This document shows, piece after piece, positions 19,715 to 30,573 of a stretch of 64,000 nt of DNA. The position numbers were made by a program, and so were the translations under genes. This DNA comes from Promethearchaeota archaeon (lineage in GTDB: Archaea > Asgardarchaeota > Lokiarchaeia > Sigyniarchaeales > SOKP01), in contig JAEOTR010000041.1 in the NCBI GenBank assembly GCA_016839705.1, forward strand, positions 32,001 to 96,000. Reading direction: 5' to 3'. Below the pieces are notes generated by a model. The model made no database searches, had not been told where the DNA came from, and was given only the letters and a program-made list of their open reading frames with translations. Within the stretch, counting starts at the first letter, position 1. Every line of letters starts with the position of its first letter.

Positions 19715-19975
19715 CTATTTTATTTTCATTTCCTTTTTGCATCTTGGACAAATTTTATCATCTTCAGATAACTGCTTTTTCATAATTATCTTTTGATATT
19801 TGCATTTCGAATTAGGACATGTAAGAGTATATTTTGATAACTTAATATTTGATTTTTCAGGGACTTTAGCGTTATTAGTTTTACTCTCGATTTTTTTCTT
19901 TAGACTTGGAATTGGTGTCTTTCCTTTTGGCTTTAATTCTTCATCCTCTGGTTTAAGCCACTTGTCTAATCCCAC
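19715..19975 (-). CDS. Small Zn-ribbon protein with N-terminal GLDKWL motif
   Basis: CPNSKC..CPRC; AGTGAG RBS. Confidence 0.6.
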   Translation of the reverse strand: MGLDKWLKPEDEELKPKGKTPIPSLKKKIESKTNNAKVPEKSNIKLSKYTLTCPNSKCKYQKIIMKKQLSEDDKICPRCKKEMKIK

Positions 19976-20085
19976 TTGATACTCACTTTAAAAATGCTCT
20001 CTATCAGTAATAAGGAAAAATAGAGCTTTAATATATTTTATAAAAAAGAGAAAAAAATAAAAATTTGTTTATCAAAATTTTCGAA

Positions 20086-21330
20086 TTAGAAGACTTGTAC
20101 CTTTCCTGCTATTAAACGTCTTCTTAAGTCAAGAAAACTATCCTTGCTCATTTTTTCCTCAAAAACTTCATTCGCAATCTTTCTTACCGACTCAAAATTA
20201 ACATTTTCCGCTTCGATTAATTCTATACTCGCGATCCAAGGATCCGTAATAGGCCTTCCTATCTGAGAGAGCAATTTTACATGAGCTTCTGCTATGTCAC
20301 CTTGACCTAGTTGAAAAATTTCTCTTGCGATTTCCGTACTCAATACATTATAAAGTTTTCCCACATGATTAACTGGGTTTTTTCCACAAACCGCTTCTAA
20401 ACTCATAGTTCGGCAAGGAGTAATAAGGCCATTAGACCTATTGCCACGTCCTACTTCTCCATCATCTCCTGCTTCTGCTGAAGTGCCCGTAATTGTAAGA
20501 TACATGATTCCTTTCTCAATATTATCTGCGACATTAACCTGACAAGTAACATCGCGTTCTGGAATGATATCTGAAGCTAAATCTAAAACAGCGTCTTTAA
20601 TTTGATTTGTGTAACTCATATATTCACTTGCGTCTTCTATATATTTACTTACCATTGCTGCTGCTACGGTTATCCCAACTTCATCTCCAATTCTCTCCAC
20701 CATTATTTTAATATCCTCACCAGAACCTTTGCACTTCTTTTTGAATTTATTTGAATTAATCATCCTTTCAGCTTCTAAAGCAATTTTTTCAACATCAGAA
20801 TATGGGGCATAGCCCACTCCGAAACTAGTATCATTAGCAAGTGGAATATCCTCAGTATGATGTGATTCATCAAAAACTCCGGTTAAATCTATCGACCCGG
20901 GTCTAACCGCATAATCAAACTGAATATCTCGGTTTAAATCAAGGTTTCTAAATATTTCAGATAGTACTTTACGTTGTGTTTCAATACAGATAGTTGCGAC
21001 AGGAATATAATCGAGTTTATTAGACCCATCAGAACATTCTGTAAGAATTTGGTGTATTGCCCTTCCAACAATCAAGAAATATTGTGGTTGGATGATTAAG
21101 CCTCCACCAAATTCTGGTTTTGCAGTTCCTCCAACAAGAGCCGCTTTATCAACATTATGGTGGTACACACGATCGTAATTTTCAAGATAATAAGCACACA
21201 AGGCTCTTGAGCAGGCATCAGCAACTGCATCGCAAACCGTATCAGGATGTCCAATACCTTTCCTTTCAACAAGCTCCGGAAATTCGCTTTTTTCTATTGG
21301 TAAAAAACCGGCTTTCGTTACCTTTAACAC
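20086..21330 (-). CDS. mat: Archaeal-type S-adenosylmethionine synthetase
   Basis: [53 protein letters not shown]. Confidence 0.95.
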   Translation of the reverse strand: MLKVTKAGFLPIEKSEFPELVERKGIGHPDTVCDAVADACSRALCAYYLENYDRVYHHNVDKAALVGGTAKPEFGGGLIIQPQYFLIVGRAIHQILTECSDGSNKLDYIPVATICIETQRKVLSEIFRNLDLNRDIQFDYAVRPGSIDLTGVFDESHHTEDIPLANDTSFGVGYAPYSDVEKIALEAERMINSNKFKKKCKGSGEDIKIMVERIGDEVGITVAAAMVSKYIEDASEYMSYTNQIKDAVLDLASDIIPERDVTCQVNVADNIEKGIMYLTITGTSAEAGDDGEVGRGNRSNGLITPCRTMSLEAVCGKNPVNHVGKLYNVLSTEIAREIFQLGQGDIAEAHVKLLSQIGRPITDPWIASIELIEAENVNFESVRKIANEVFEEKMSKDSFLDLRRRLIAGKVQVF

Positions 21331-21544
21331 AAAATATCAACTTTTACTTAGTTCGTTTTTTAAAATTATTTATTAAAAAGGTCCTTATTGTAAATATTTT
21401 ATCTTTATTAAATGAAAAATGCTGTTATTGCATTTTATATAACTGCTAAATATTGCATGATTTATATATTTTGTAACTATAATATGCATAATTGATATAT
21501 TTTTTATAATTATAAAACTAAGAAAGATTTTTGAGTCAAATAGA

Positions 21545-22117
21545 ATGCAGAAATTTCCATCTTTAAGCGAAATAAAACCTTTAAGGAAAAAATTAAATAT
21601 AAGCCAAAAAGAACTTGCTTTTGAAATGAAATTAACTCAGTCCACTATCTCAAGAATTGAAAGTGGTACAGTTGATCCTCCATATTCTAAAGTTAAAAAC
21701 ATATTTGAATATTTAGAGAGTGAACGCATAGCTCGTAAGAAATCAAAAAAGCAAGCTAAAGATATAATGACTCGTACAATCATTTCTATCAAGCCTAATT
21801 CATCAATAAGAGATGCTGTAGAATTAATGAATCAACATGGATATTCTCAACTCCCCTTATTAGAGCAAAATGATAATTTTGGAAGCATTACATCGAAAAA
21901 AATTCAGAAATATATAACTGACAACCCTGAGATTCTTGGCGCTGATGTGTCCCTTATAAAAGAATTACCATTTCCTGAAGTTGATGAGAATTGGAATGTA
22001 AAGGATATTTCAGATTTACTTGTGAAATATTCCGCTGTATTGGTAAAAAATGAAACACATAATATTGTTGGAATAATTACAGATGCTGATTTTCTCAAAC
22101 TTTCTGGTAACTTTTAA
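21545..22117 (+). CDS. XRE-HTH plus CBS-pair transcriptional regulator
   Basis: ISQKELA..QSTISRIESG..DP followed by two CBS domains. Confidence 0.88.
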   Translation: MQKFPSLSEIKPLRKKLNISQKELAFEMKLTQSTISRIESGTVDPPYSKVKNIFEYLESERIARKKSKKQAKDIMTRTIISIKPNSSIRDAVELMNQHGYSQLPLLEQNDNFGSITSKKIQKYITDNPEILGADVSLIKELPFPEVDENWNVKDISDLLVKYSAVLVKNETHNIVGIITDADFLKLSGNF

Positions 22118-22232
22118 TACATCACATGAAACCGTGCGAAAGATACGAAAATAGAATTGATTTAAAAATATAATACAACATTAACAACATAAAAAAAATT
22201 TATTTATAACTTACCATTTAAGTAAACGGGAA

Positions 22233-23237
22233 TTGATGACTAGCACTGTAATTGAAAAAGTTAACAACTTGTTAAAAAAGGCTAATTTTGAAACCTTTGT
22301 TTTAGGAAATTTTGCCACAAAGACGAGTAAATTTTGTTTTGATTTATTAGGAAAAAAGGATGATGTAGTGTTTAGTGTTAAAGTTTTTTCTAACATAGAT
22401 AACATAAATCCCGAAGTAATTCAAGATATCAAATCACTTTCTCTGATATTAAAGTCTAAACCATTATTGATAGGATTGAAGAACCGATATCAAAAATTAG
22501 AAGATAATACAATATACGTAAGAGATGGATTACCTTTCATAACCGTTAACACGTTCGAGAATATTCTAAATAACAATATCTTTCCATATGTTTTAGCTCG
22601 GAGAGGTGGCGGCGTAATATTTCTGAATGGATTTTTGATGAAAAAAATAAGAGAAGAACATTCAATAACAAGAAAAGAGTTATCAGAACAATTAGGAGTA
22701 GCTAAGAGAACTATTAGTGCCTATGAAAATGAAAGTATGCGTCCATCGGAGGAAATGGCAGAAAAAATTCTAAGCATCTTAGAAAATAATGAAATTTTCA
22801 AAAAAATAAACATTTTCAAATGGAAAATTAAATACGACATGGATGCCCAAGAAATTTCTGAAGAAAAAGAGTTAAGTGAATTTGAATCGCATATAAAAAC
22901 AATTATTGATGATATAGGATTATCGTCTTATTGGTATAAAAAAGCTACAGTTCCGTTCAAATTATCATTATTTTCCTCACTTAATCAAACAAAGAATGAT
23001 GGTTTTTATCCTCTCTTTTCTAACATCTCTGAAGATCAGAATAATGTTAATGAGATGAATTTTAACAGTTTGAAAATGTTCAATGATTTATTTCATAAAA
23101 CAGCGTTATATATTATCGATAATAATGTAAGAATACCCGGAGCTACTAAAAGAAAAGATATCCATGTTGTAAAAATAAAAAATCTGGAAGAAGTTAATGA
23201 TGAAGAAGAATTCATCGATCTCATTCAAGATTCATAA
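22233..23237 (+). CDS. Conserved archaeal HTH transcriptional regulator
   Basis: CFDL..VKVFSNID, ARRGGG, central HTH TRKELSEQLGVAKRTISAYE. Confidence 0.8.
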   Translation: MMTSTVIEKVNNLLKKANFETFVLGNFATKTSKFCFDLLGKKDDVVFSVKVFSNIDNINPEVIQDIKSLSLILKSKPLLIGLKNRYQKLEDNTIYVRDGLPFITVNTFENILNNNIFPYVLARRGGGVIFLNGFLMKKIREEHSITRKELSEQLGVAKRTISAYENESMRPSEEMAEKILSILENNEIFKKINIFKWKIKYDMDAQEISEEKELSEFESHIKTIIDDIGLSSYWYKKATVPFKLSLFSSLNQTKNDGFYPLFSNISEDQNNVNEMNFNSLKMFNDLFHKTALYIIDNNVRIPGATKRKDIHVVKIKNLEEVNDEEEFIDLIQDS

Positions 23238-23250
23238 GGAGAAATAAAAT

Positions 23251-23940
23251 TTGATCTGCGGTATTGACGAGGCTGGTAGAATATAATCTATCTCGGATTA
23301 TATACCAAAAGGCCCCGTAATTGGTCCTCTTGTGTTATGTGGAGTTTGCTATAAAGAATCCAATTTATCCTATTTAGAGCGGATTGGCGTAAAAGACTCT
23401 AAAAAATTAACTGCCAAAAGGAGGAGAATTTTAGCTAAATTAATAAAGGAATCGTGCCATTCATTTAAAATAATTGTCGTTCCTCCCCGAGAAATTGATG
23501 AAAGGGAAGAAAAAAGAATTACTCTGAATAAACTCGAGGAATTAAAAATGGCTGAAATTATTAGAGAATTAAAACCTGATACTATCTATATTGACGCAGT
23601 TGATGTAAATGAAGAAAGATTTACCCAATCAATCCTAGACCTCTTAAATTATAGCCCAAAAGAAATTATTTCAAAACATAAAGCTGATGACCTATTCCCT
23701 ATTGTATCTGCGGCTTCAATTATAGCAAAAGATAAAAGAGATGCATTAATTGAGGAATTAAAGGAAAAATATGGAGATTTCGGCTCTGGATATCCCTCAG
23801 ATTTAAGAACCACAGATTTTCTTCGGGAATATATAAAGAAAAAACAAAAAATACCCCCCTACGCGAGAAAAACATGGGATACAATAAAGAAAATAGTGGA
23901 TGAAGAATTAGGAAACAAAAAAATAACCGATTTTTTCTAA
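23251..23940 (+). CDS. rnhB: Ribonuclease HII, join(23251..23279,23310..23940), interrupted by a 30-nt intron
   Basis: AAGGAG RBS, TTG 23251; spliced product MICGIDEAGRGPVIGPLV..VKDSKKL..KADDLFPIVSAASIIAK..GSGYPSD; C-terminal PIP box NKKITDFF; 219 aa. Confidence 0.93.
23280..23309 (+). other. Putative bulge-helix-bulge (tRNA-type) intron in rnhB mRNA
   Basis: UGGU/ACCA 4-bp helix, 3-nt bulges AGA and AAA, inner stem AUAUAAUC/GAUUAUAU; in-frame TAA at 23284-23286. Confidence 0.85.
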
Positions 23941-23942
23941 GT

Positions 23943-24635
23943 TTATCGTTTTTTCACTAATAAAACAATATGATTTGCTGCGTATTTATGAATGTTAATG
24001 CTTTCAATAATTTTATATCCCCTGTTTTCAAGAATTTTCTTTTCTTGGGCATAGATATATTCAGATTTTTGGACACTATCAATAGATTGAGATTTGACTG
24101 CTAAAACTAATAATCCTTTCTCGTTTAGATAATAATTACTATTATCTATAGCTATTTCTGCTTGGTTAGGTTGAGAAACATCCTGATAAATTAAATCTAT
24201 TTTTGAAAATATTGATTTTGCATATTCATCTGGATATCGAGCATCAGCAAAAATGGGAATAACATTTTTCCTTCGAGAGGTATTTTGTATTAACTGCCGA
24301 ATGCTTCTTTCTGCAAATTCAACACCATAAATTATACCGTTCGTCAGTATATCAGAAAGATGAGAAATAGTAGTGCCAGAAGAAGCTCCTAAATATAAAC
24401 AGCTTAAATCGTCGGATAGAAAATTATTAATTGGATTTTCCAATATTAGAGCTGCCAGTTTACTCCGAAATGGGTCCCATTCCCTATATTCATTTTCTTT
24501 ATATTCGAGCAACCGTTCTCCATAAACTCTATTTCCTTTATCTCTGTTTCTTGTATAAAGTCTCAATTTTTCTTTGGATCCAGATGTGAAAACATTGCAA
24601 AATTTAGGATGATTTTTTATTTCAATTTGTGACAT
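23943..24635 (-). CDS. flpA: Fibrillarin-like rRNA/tRNA 2'-O-methyltransferase
   Basis: VYGE, YREWDPFRSKLAA, LYLGASSGTTISHLSD, DARYP, YQDVSQPNQ. Confidence 0.96.
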   Translation of the reverse strand: MSQIEIKNHPKFCNVFTSGSKEKLRLYTRNRDKGNRVYGERLLEYKENEYREWDPFRSKLAALILENPINNFLSDDLSCLYLGASSGTTISHLSDILTNGIIYGVEFAERSIRQLIQNTSRRKNVIPIFADARYPDEYAKSIFSKIDLIYQDVSQPNQAEIAIDNSNYYLNEKGLLVLAVKSQSIDSVQKSEYIYAQEKKILENRGYKIIESINIHKYAANHIVLLVKKR

Positions 24636-24646
24636 GCTTTATCACC

Positions 24647-25849
24647 TTATCTTCTCTTTTTTGGCTTCTTTTTCTTTCCTTTAACAGGCTCTTCCTTTTT
24701 AGGTGGATTTGGATATTTAATTTCGATTTCGTTTATTTTAGATTCAATTTCTTTTGCTAGCTTATCTCCTATGAATTCACCGTTAAAATAATCGAGTTTA
24801 GCAGCAACTCCAATTTTCCCTGCGACTATTCGAGCAATTTTTCCACGATGATATGATTTTGCTGACCTTATTTGATTCCATTGGAATATTAAACCATGTT
24901 TTGGGCGTTTCTCTCCCGTTTTGAGAAAACGATAAAGAGCTTTTTCAGCCCCTAACAATTGTATTCTTGATGCTGGCATAAAAGCCAGTTTTTTCATACT
25001 ACCTGCTTTGGCGATAAGTTTAGCTCCGATTAATGCTCCGATAATAGCATTTATGTTGGGGGCAATCTTTTCCATTATATCTGCTAGATTAATTTCTAAA
25101 TCTTGTCTATACGAGTCTATAGAGATTATTTGATTTGCATAATCTTTAACCATTCCTAAATCAAAATCCGCTCCCATTGAATCTGAAGCAAATTTCTGCA
25201 AAATTCGAATTTTTTTCTCTCCAAGTTCAAAATGTTTTATTAGATTTTCGTAAGTATATCTCTCCCTTGCTCCTAAAGTAGAAACCATTTTTGCTAAAAG
25301 AATGTTATCTTCAATAATCTTATCGGTTAATTCTGGAAAATATAAACCATACCATTCTCTGAGTTGACTTGAAAATAAACTTATAGATTTTTTAAGTATA
25401 TCTAGAGTACCAATGATCTGAATAATTAAATTATCAGAATGACCACTTTCTTCTCTTACTTTTTTCTTGGTTAATTCCTCGTTGATTATTTTATATTGTG
25501 CGAGAATTTCATCTTTCCTTTTAATTATTCCTATGTTTTTTAATTGAGTTTCTAAATTGAGACGAAAATTTTTAAGTTCAAGTGAATCACTTTCTAAAAG
25601 TATACCATATCCTAATTGTTTTGTTAGTGTATGTAATTGTTTATTATCAAATACAAACTCTTCAAATCCAGAATTCTTCAATTCAGATAAAAACTCTTTG
25701 TATTTACTCTGAATGATACCTTTATCAATATCAATATAGAATTGAATAATTTTCTGGGTATCATTTTCAAAATCAATAAAATTCAAAATGGTTCCAGTTT
25801 CATCAAAAGCGAAAATCCCAACTAAAGTATCTGCTATATATGACTTCAT
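24647..25849 (-). CDS. nop5: C/D box sRNP protein Nop5 (Nop56/58)
   Basis: LREWYGLYFPEL, IAPN, PASRIQLLGAEKAL, PKHGLIFQ, basic tail. Confidence 0.95.
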   Translation of the reverse strand: MKSYIADTLVGIFAFDETGTILNFIDFENDTQKIIQFYIDIDKGIIQSKYKEFLSELKNSGFEEFVFDNKQLHTLTKQLGYGILLESDSLELKNFRLNLETQLKNIGIIKRKDEILAQYKIINEELTKKKVREESGHSDNLIIQIIGTLDILKKSISLFSSQLREWYGLYFPELTDKIIEDNILLAKMVSTLGARERYTYENLIKHFELGEKKIRILQKFASDSMGADFDLGMVKDYANQIISIDSYRQDLEINLADIMEKIAPNINAIIGALIGAKLIAKAGSMKKLAFMPASRIQLLGAEKALYRFLKTGEKRPKHGLIFQWNQIRSAKSYHRGKIARIVAGKIGVAAKLDYFNGEFIGDKLAKEIESKINEIEIKYPNPPKKEEPVKGKKKKPKKRR

Positions 25850-25924
25850 TTTTATGAGAAAAACAGAGATATTTTTTCGTCATTAATAATTATTATAAAA
25901 TTATAATCATTATTTTCTTAAAAA

Positions 25925-26851
25925 ATGCTTGAAATAAATCTCTCTGGGTTAAAGCTAAAATCTCCTCTTATTTTAGCTTCTGGAATTCTAGGTGTATCCT
26001 ATTCTTCAATGAAGAGAATATTCAATGCCGGGGCTGGGGCAGTAACTTCTAAATCGATTGGACCTAGAGCAAGAAAAGGTTATAAAAACCCTTCTATCTT
26101 AGAGATTTATCCCGGTACTTTTATAAATGCTGTTGGTCTTGGAAATCCTGGAATTGATAATTTCTTATCTGAAATTAAAGAAATAAAAGAAAATAAAATC
26201 CCCCTTATAGTTAGTGTGTTTGGAGATACAAACCAATCATATTTAAATGTTGCTACTAAAGCAGAACAGGCAGGTGCCGATGCTATTGAGATTAATATAT
26301 CTTGTCCACACGCAGAGGTATCATCGATAGGAATAGACAAAGATCTAACTTATTCCCTAGTTAAAACTCTAAAAGAAAAATTAGAAGTCCCGCTTTTTGT
26401 TAAGTTAAACCCTAACGTTACAAGTATAGGGGAAATAGCTTTAGCAGCGGAAAAGGGTGGTGCTGATGGAGTCGTTGCGATAAATACTCTAAGTGCTATG
26501 GTAATTGATATAAACACTAAAAGACCAATATTAGCTCATGGAAGTGGGGGTCTATCTGGAAGGGCGATTCATCCAATTGCCATTAAAAAAGTATATGATC
26601 TTTATCAATTATTAAAAATTCCAATTATTGGATGCGGAGGCATCTCTACTTGGAAAGAAGTAGTCGAATTTATATTGGCGGGTGCTTCTGCTGTTCAAAT
26701 TGGGACTGCACTTTATAGGGGTGTCGAGATCATTACTGAAATTAATAATTCCTTACTCAATTTTCTAAAGATTAACGGATATAAATCTATATCTGAATTA
26801 ATTGGATTATCACATGAATTTAAAACTCAGGAGGTACCTGATTTTGACTGA
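25925..26851 (+). CDS. pyrD: Dihydroorotate dehydrogenase 1B catalytic subunit
   Basis: ILASG, NAVGLGNPG, EINISCPH, VKLNPN, AINT, GGLSG, AVQIGT. Confidence 0.93.
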   Translation: MLEINLSGLKLKSPLILASGILGVSYSSMKRIFNAGAGAVTSKSIGPRARKGYKNPSILEIYPGTFINAVGLGNPGIDNFLSEIKEIKENKIPLIVSVFGDTNQSYLNVATKAEQAGADAIEINISCPHAEVSSIGIDKDLTYSLVKTLKEKLEVPLFVKLNPNVTSIGEIALAAEKGGADGVVAINTLSAMVIDINTKRPILAHGSGGLSGRAIHPIAIKKVYDLYQLLKIPIIGCGGISTWKEVVEFILAGASAVQIGTALYRGVEIITEINNSLLNFLKINGYKSISELIGLSHEFKTQEVPDFD

Positions 26852-27692
26852 AAACATAATAAGAACAGTCATTATAACAAAATCAACAGATGAATGTAAA
26901 GACATTAAAACATTATCATTCAATATGAAAGAGGAGAACACAAACTACATTCCACCAAAACCTGGGCAATTTGTTATGATTTGGGTTCCTGGTGTTGATG
27001 AAATCCCTATGTCTATATCTGATTGTGATATAAATGGAAATTGGAGTATTACAGTAAAAAATATTGGTGAATGTACCAATGCGATTTATAACCTAAAAGA
27101 GGGTGATTTTATTGGCGTCAGAGGACCTTTAGGTAATTGGTTTGAACTTCCGGAAGAAAAATCTAAAAACATATTTTTAATCGGGGGAGGAATAGGTATG
27201 GCTCCTCTTCGTTTTCTTACCCAAGAGTTGTATAAACATAAATTTTCCTTTATTCTAATTCAAGGTGCAAAAATCAAAAGCGAATTAATGTTTACAACTC
27301 AATTTCAAATGTTAGACAAGAATTCTACCGATATTTTTTATTGTACTGAAGATGGGAGTTATGGAACCGAAGGCATTGTAACTCTAGCTTTTGAAAGAAT
27401 TTTGGAAACTTACTCAAAAAGGCTACATTCAAATGCAATAACTTATACTTGTGGTCCTGAAAAAATGATATATTCTATCTACGAAATATGTGAGAAATGG
27501 AATATAGAACTTCATGCTAGTCTGGAGCGAATAATGAGATGTGGGTGTGGGCTGTGTGGATTGTGTGCAATCGATCCTTTAGGTTTATTAGTTTGTAAAG
27601 ACGGACCTGTATTTAAGACTGAATCCTTAAAGAAGATGGAAGATTTTGGAAAATATAAAAGAGATTTTACCGGTAGGAAAGTAAAATTGTAA
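26844..27692 (+). CDS. pyrK: Dihydroorotate dehydrogenase electron transfer subunit (TTG start after GGAGG)
   Basis: PGQFVMIWVPG, RGPLGN, GGGIGMAP, CGPE, CGCGLCGLC..VCKDGPVF. Confidence 0.92.
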   Translation: MTENIIRTVIITKSTDECKDIKTLSFNMKEENTNYIPPKPGQFVMIWVPGVDEIPMSISDCDINGNWSITVKNIGECTNAIYNLKEGDFIGVRGPLGNWFELPEEKSKNIFLIGGGIGMAPLRFLTQELYKHKFSFILIQGAKIKSELMFTTQFQMLDKNSTDIFYCTEDGSYGTEGIVTLAFERILETYSKRLHSNAITYTCGPEKMIYSIYEICEKWNIELHASLERIMRCGCGLCGLCAIDPLGLLVCKDGPVFKTESLKKMEDFGKYKRDFTGRKVKL

Positions 27693-27723
27693 AAACCTAA
27701 TTATTTTTTGAATATCACTTGAC

Positions 27724-29355
27724 ATGGCTTCTGAAAAAACTGAATTTCCTGAAAAAATTGAAAAAATCTCTAGGGAAATAATCAAATTCCTAATTCAGAA
27801 TCCACAGACTTCTCGGAAAAGAATTACTAATATAAAAGGTAAAATAGGAAAAAAATTCAACTTTAAAAAAGTTATTAAGAATGCTACAATCTTAGATTAT
27901 GCTACTCCAGATGAGAAAGAAATTATTCTTCCAATCCTGAAAAGGAGATCTACTAGAACCTTATCAGGTGTCTCTGTTATAGCTATAATGACGAAACCAC
28001 TTCCATGTCCAGGAACATGCATTTACTGTCCCGGACAGAATTCACAACCCGGTGAAAAGGTAGCCCAATCTTACACTGGTCGAGAACCCGCAGCCATGAG
28101 ATCTATCCATAATAATTATGACCCTTATCAACAAGTACAGAGCAGAATCAGAGATTTGGAGGTCATCGGTCATACTGTAGACAAAATTGAGCTTATTTGT
28201 ATGGGAGGTACCTTTTTATCTACAGATCTCAATTATCAACAAGAATTCATTAAGGGTGCTCTTGAAGGGATTATTGAACAGAGAGTTAAGAGCTTAGAGG
28301 AAGCTAAAAAGCTTGCTGAAACTTCTAAAAGAAGAGTTATAGGAATTACTGTTGAAACTAGACCAGATTATTGTAAAGAGGAACATGTAGACAGAATGCT
28401 TAAATATGGAACAACTCGAGTTGAACTTGGCATACAAACAGTCTATGATGATGTTTATGATTTGGTTAAAAGAGGTCATACCTCTATTGATAGCATTGAA
28501 GCAATTAGAATTGCTAAAGATGCGGGTTTAAAAATAAATGCTCATATAATGCCCAATCTGCCTGGTTCTGATTATTCTAAAGATTTAGAATTATTTGATA
28601 CATTATTTTCTAACTCCAATTATCGGCCAGATATGCTAAAGATTTATCCAACTTTAGTAATACATGGGACAGAATTGTATAATTGGTGGAAAGAAGGCAA
28701 ATATTCTCCTTACTTAGATGAAGAATTAATAGATTTAATCGCAAAGGTTAAAACTAATCTTCCACCTTATGTTAGGATTCAAAGAATTATGAGAGATATT
28801 CCCGCAACTTTAATTGAAGCTGGTTGCAAAAACAGCAATTTAAGGCAAATAGTGCAAGAAAGATTAAGAGAAATAGAAGATACATGTAAATGTATAAGAT
28901 GTAGGGAGTATGGGATCAGGAAGAAAAAGGAAATTATCGATGAGCGCTCTCTCGACGAAATTAAATTATATCGACTAGATTATGAAGCATCCGAAGGACA
29001 AGAAATTTTCTTGTCTTACGAGAATCAGAAAGAAGGATATTTGGTAGGTTATTTACGCTTACGACAACCCTCTGAATCTGCTCATAGACCTGAATTAAAT
29101 GATGGAAGGACCTTGATCGTAAGGGAAATTAAAGTTGTTGGCGAATTAGTACCAAGGGATATGAAGCCAAATCGATTTTCTCAAATCCAGCATCGAGGAT
29201 TTGGAAAGATGTTAATGCAAAATGCTGAGAAAATCTCATTCGAAGAATTCAATGCAAAAAAATTAGCCGTGATTAGCGGTATAGGTGCTAGAGATTGGTT
29301 CTATGAAATGGGATATAATTTAGATGGGGTATATGTTTCTAAATCTTTTGAATAA
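27724..29355 (+). CDS. elp3: Elongator complex protein 3 (tRNA U34 carboxymethyltransferase; radical SAM plus KAT)
   Basis: RTLSGV, CPGTCIYCPG, QSYTGREP, ETRPD, LKIYPTLV, RIQRIMRDIP, QHRGFG, VISGIG. Confidence 0.95.
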   Translation: MASEKTEFPEKIEKISREIIKFLIQNPQTSRKRITNIKGKIGKKFNFKKVIKNATILDYATPDEKEIILPILKRRSTRTLSGVSVIAIMTKPLPCPGTCIYCPGQNSQPGEKVAQSYTGREPAAMRSIHNNYDPYQQVQSRIRDLEVIGHTVDKIELICMGGTFLSTDLNYQQEFIKGALEGIIEQRVKSLEEAKKLAETSKRRVIGITVETRPDYCKEEHVDRMLKYGTTRVELGIQTVYDDVYDLVKRGHTSIDSIEAIRIAKDAGLKINAHIMPNLPGSDYSKDLELFDTLFSNSNYRPDMLKIYPTLVIHGTELYNWWKEGKYSPYLDEELIDLIAKVKTNLPPYVRIQRIMRDIPATLIEAGCKNSNLRQIVQERLREIEDTCKCIRCREYGIRKKKEIIDERSLDEIKLYRLDYEASEGQEIFLSYENQKEGYLVGYLRLRQPSESAHRPELNDGRTLIVREIKVVGELVPRDMKPNRFSQIQHRGFGKMLMQNAEKISFEEFNAKKLAVISGIGARDWFYEMGYNLDGVYVSKSFE

Positions 29356-29502
29356 TTAAGATTTCTAAATTCCTAGAGTATTGAATAGTCTGAACTTGAA
29401 AAGTTATTAACTTACATTTAAAAAATTATGTTTTTTTATAAGTTAATATACAAAAAGTTACATTATATTTTTGTGTCTAAAAAATAGGGTTATGGGTAAA
29501 AA

Positions 29503-30573
29503 ATGACATCAACAACAAAAAAAACTTCTCAACAAACAATTTCGATAAGTCCTAAACTTAAAGAACGAATTGAAAAATATGTCACGGCAAACCAACAGAA
29601 ATTTCCAAAAGATAATAGGTTTAAAAGTATTTCTGCTTTTTATACCAGCGTGATGGAAAAGGTATTGGATAGTTTTGAAAAAGGTAAAACTCTTGATGAT
29701 TTTGAAAGCTTTGTGGATAGTGATATTAAAGATTTTTTCGAGAAAATCTCCTTTAATGGGCTTATTCCGTATTACGAGGATGCAATTATAGCCAATAGAT
29801 ACCAAACTACTACTCTTGAAAGAAATCCTTTTTTCTACTTCACACTGAGAAGGTTCTATACATCAAGAATGGACCCCTATGATATTAAGAGCATACAATC
29901 CGTGTTCGATAGAGTTAGAAATTATATTCTTTCAAATAATCTTACTAAAGAATTCAGGTTAGATATTTTCTCTGGAAAAGGTGAAAAAAATCTAACGGCG
30001 GTTTTTGAACAAGCAGGTTTACATCAAAATTTATGTTTTGAGAATTTCAAATTTTCGGCAGCACTTTTCGGCTTATTAGGCGCAAAAATTACTAATTATC
30101 TATATTCCAGAAAAAATAATTATTGTAGATTTGATCTAAAAACTACAGATTTATTTTATCGAAAAGAGCTTTTAAAAAGAGAAAGGATCAAGCTAATGGA
30201 AGATAACTTATCCCATTTTATAAATTATAATAGAATAGTAGAAGATAAAGACTTTTTCCTATGGATGAAGATAGCGAGAGATAAGAATGCTTTCATATCG
30301 TTTACTAATGATGAAACTAAACAAGAATGGGTAAACTTAATAGAAAGCGAAATTGAACAATTTGGGGATGAAGATGATTATCATCTTAATATACTAAGGC
30401 TTTTTCAGAGACTTCATTGGATCGAAATTGAAAATGAGAAAGAATTGTTATTCCGAATTATACTACCCACATCTACAGACCAAAGTAATATCGATTATTT
30501 ATTAGAAACCCTTTCAAAAAAGGTAGAAATTATAATAAACAATGGTAAATATCAATTAAAAAAAAGGAAATGA
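29503..30573 (+). CDS. Hypothetical regulator with N-terminal ribbon-helix-helix-like domain (paralog 1)
   Basis: QQTISISPKLKERI..FKSISAFY; full-length similarity to 30913..32001. Confidence 0.55.
   Translation: MTSTTKKTSQQTISISPKLKERIEKYVTANQQKFPKDNRFKSISAFYTSVMEKVLDSFEKGKTLDDFESFVDSDIKDFFEKISFNGLIPYYEDAIIANRYQTTTLERNPFFYFTLRRFYTSRMDPYDIKSIQSVFDRVRNYILSNNLTKEFRLDIFSGKGEKNLTAVFEQAGLHQNLCFENFKFSAALFGLLGAKITNYLYSRKNNYCRFDLKTTDLFYRKELLKRERIKLMEDNLSHFINYNRIVEDKDFFLWMKIARDKNAFISFTNDETKQEWVNLIESEIEQFGDEDDYHLNILRLFQRLHWIEIENEKELLFRIILPTSTDQSNIDYLLETLSKKVEIIINNGKYQLKKRK

Noticed and set aside
23332-23940. ORF-track 202-aa RNase HII as a complete gene, or rnhB as a simple pseudogene
   Set aside because: It lacks the catalytic DEAGRG motif, which lies upstream in frame with its own RBS; the rest of the gene is intact and the insert has splice-motif geometry
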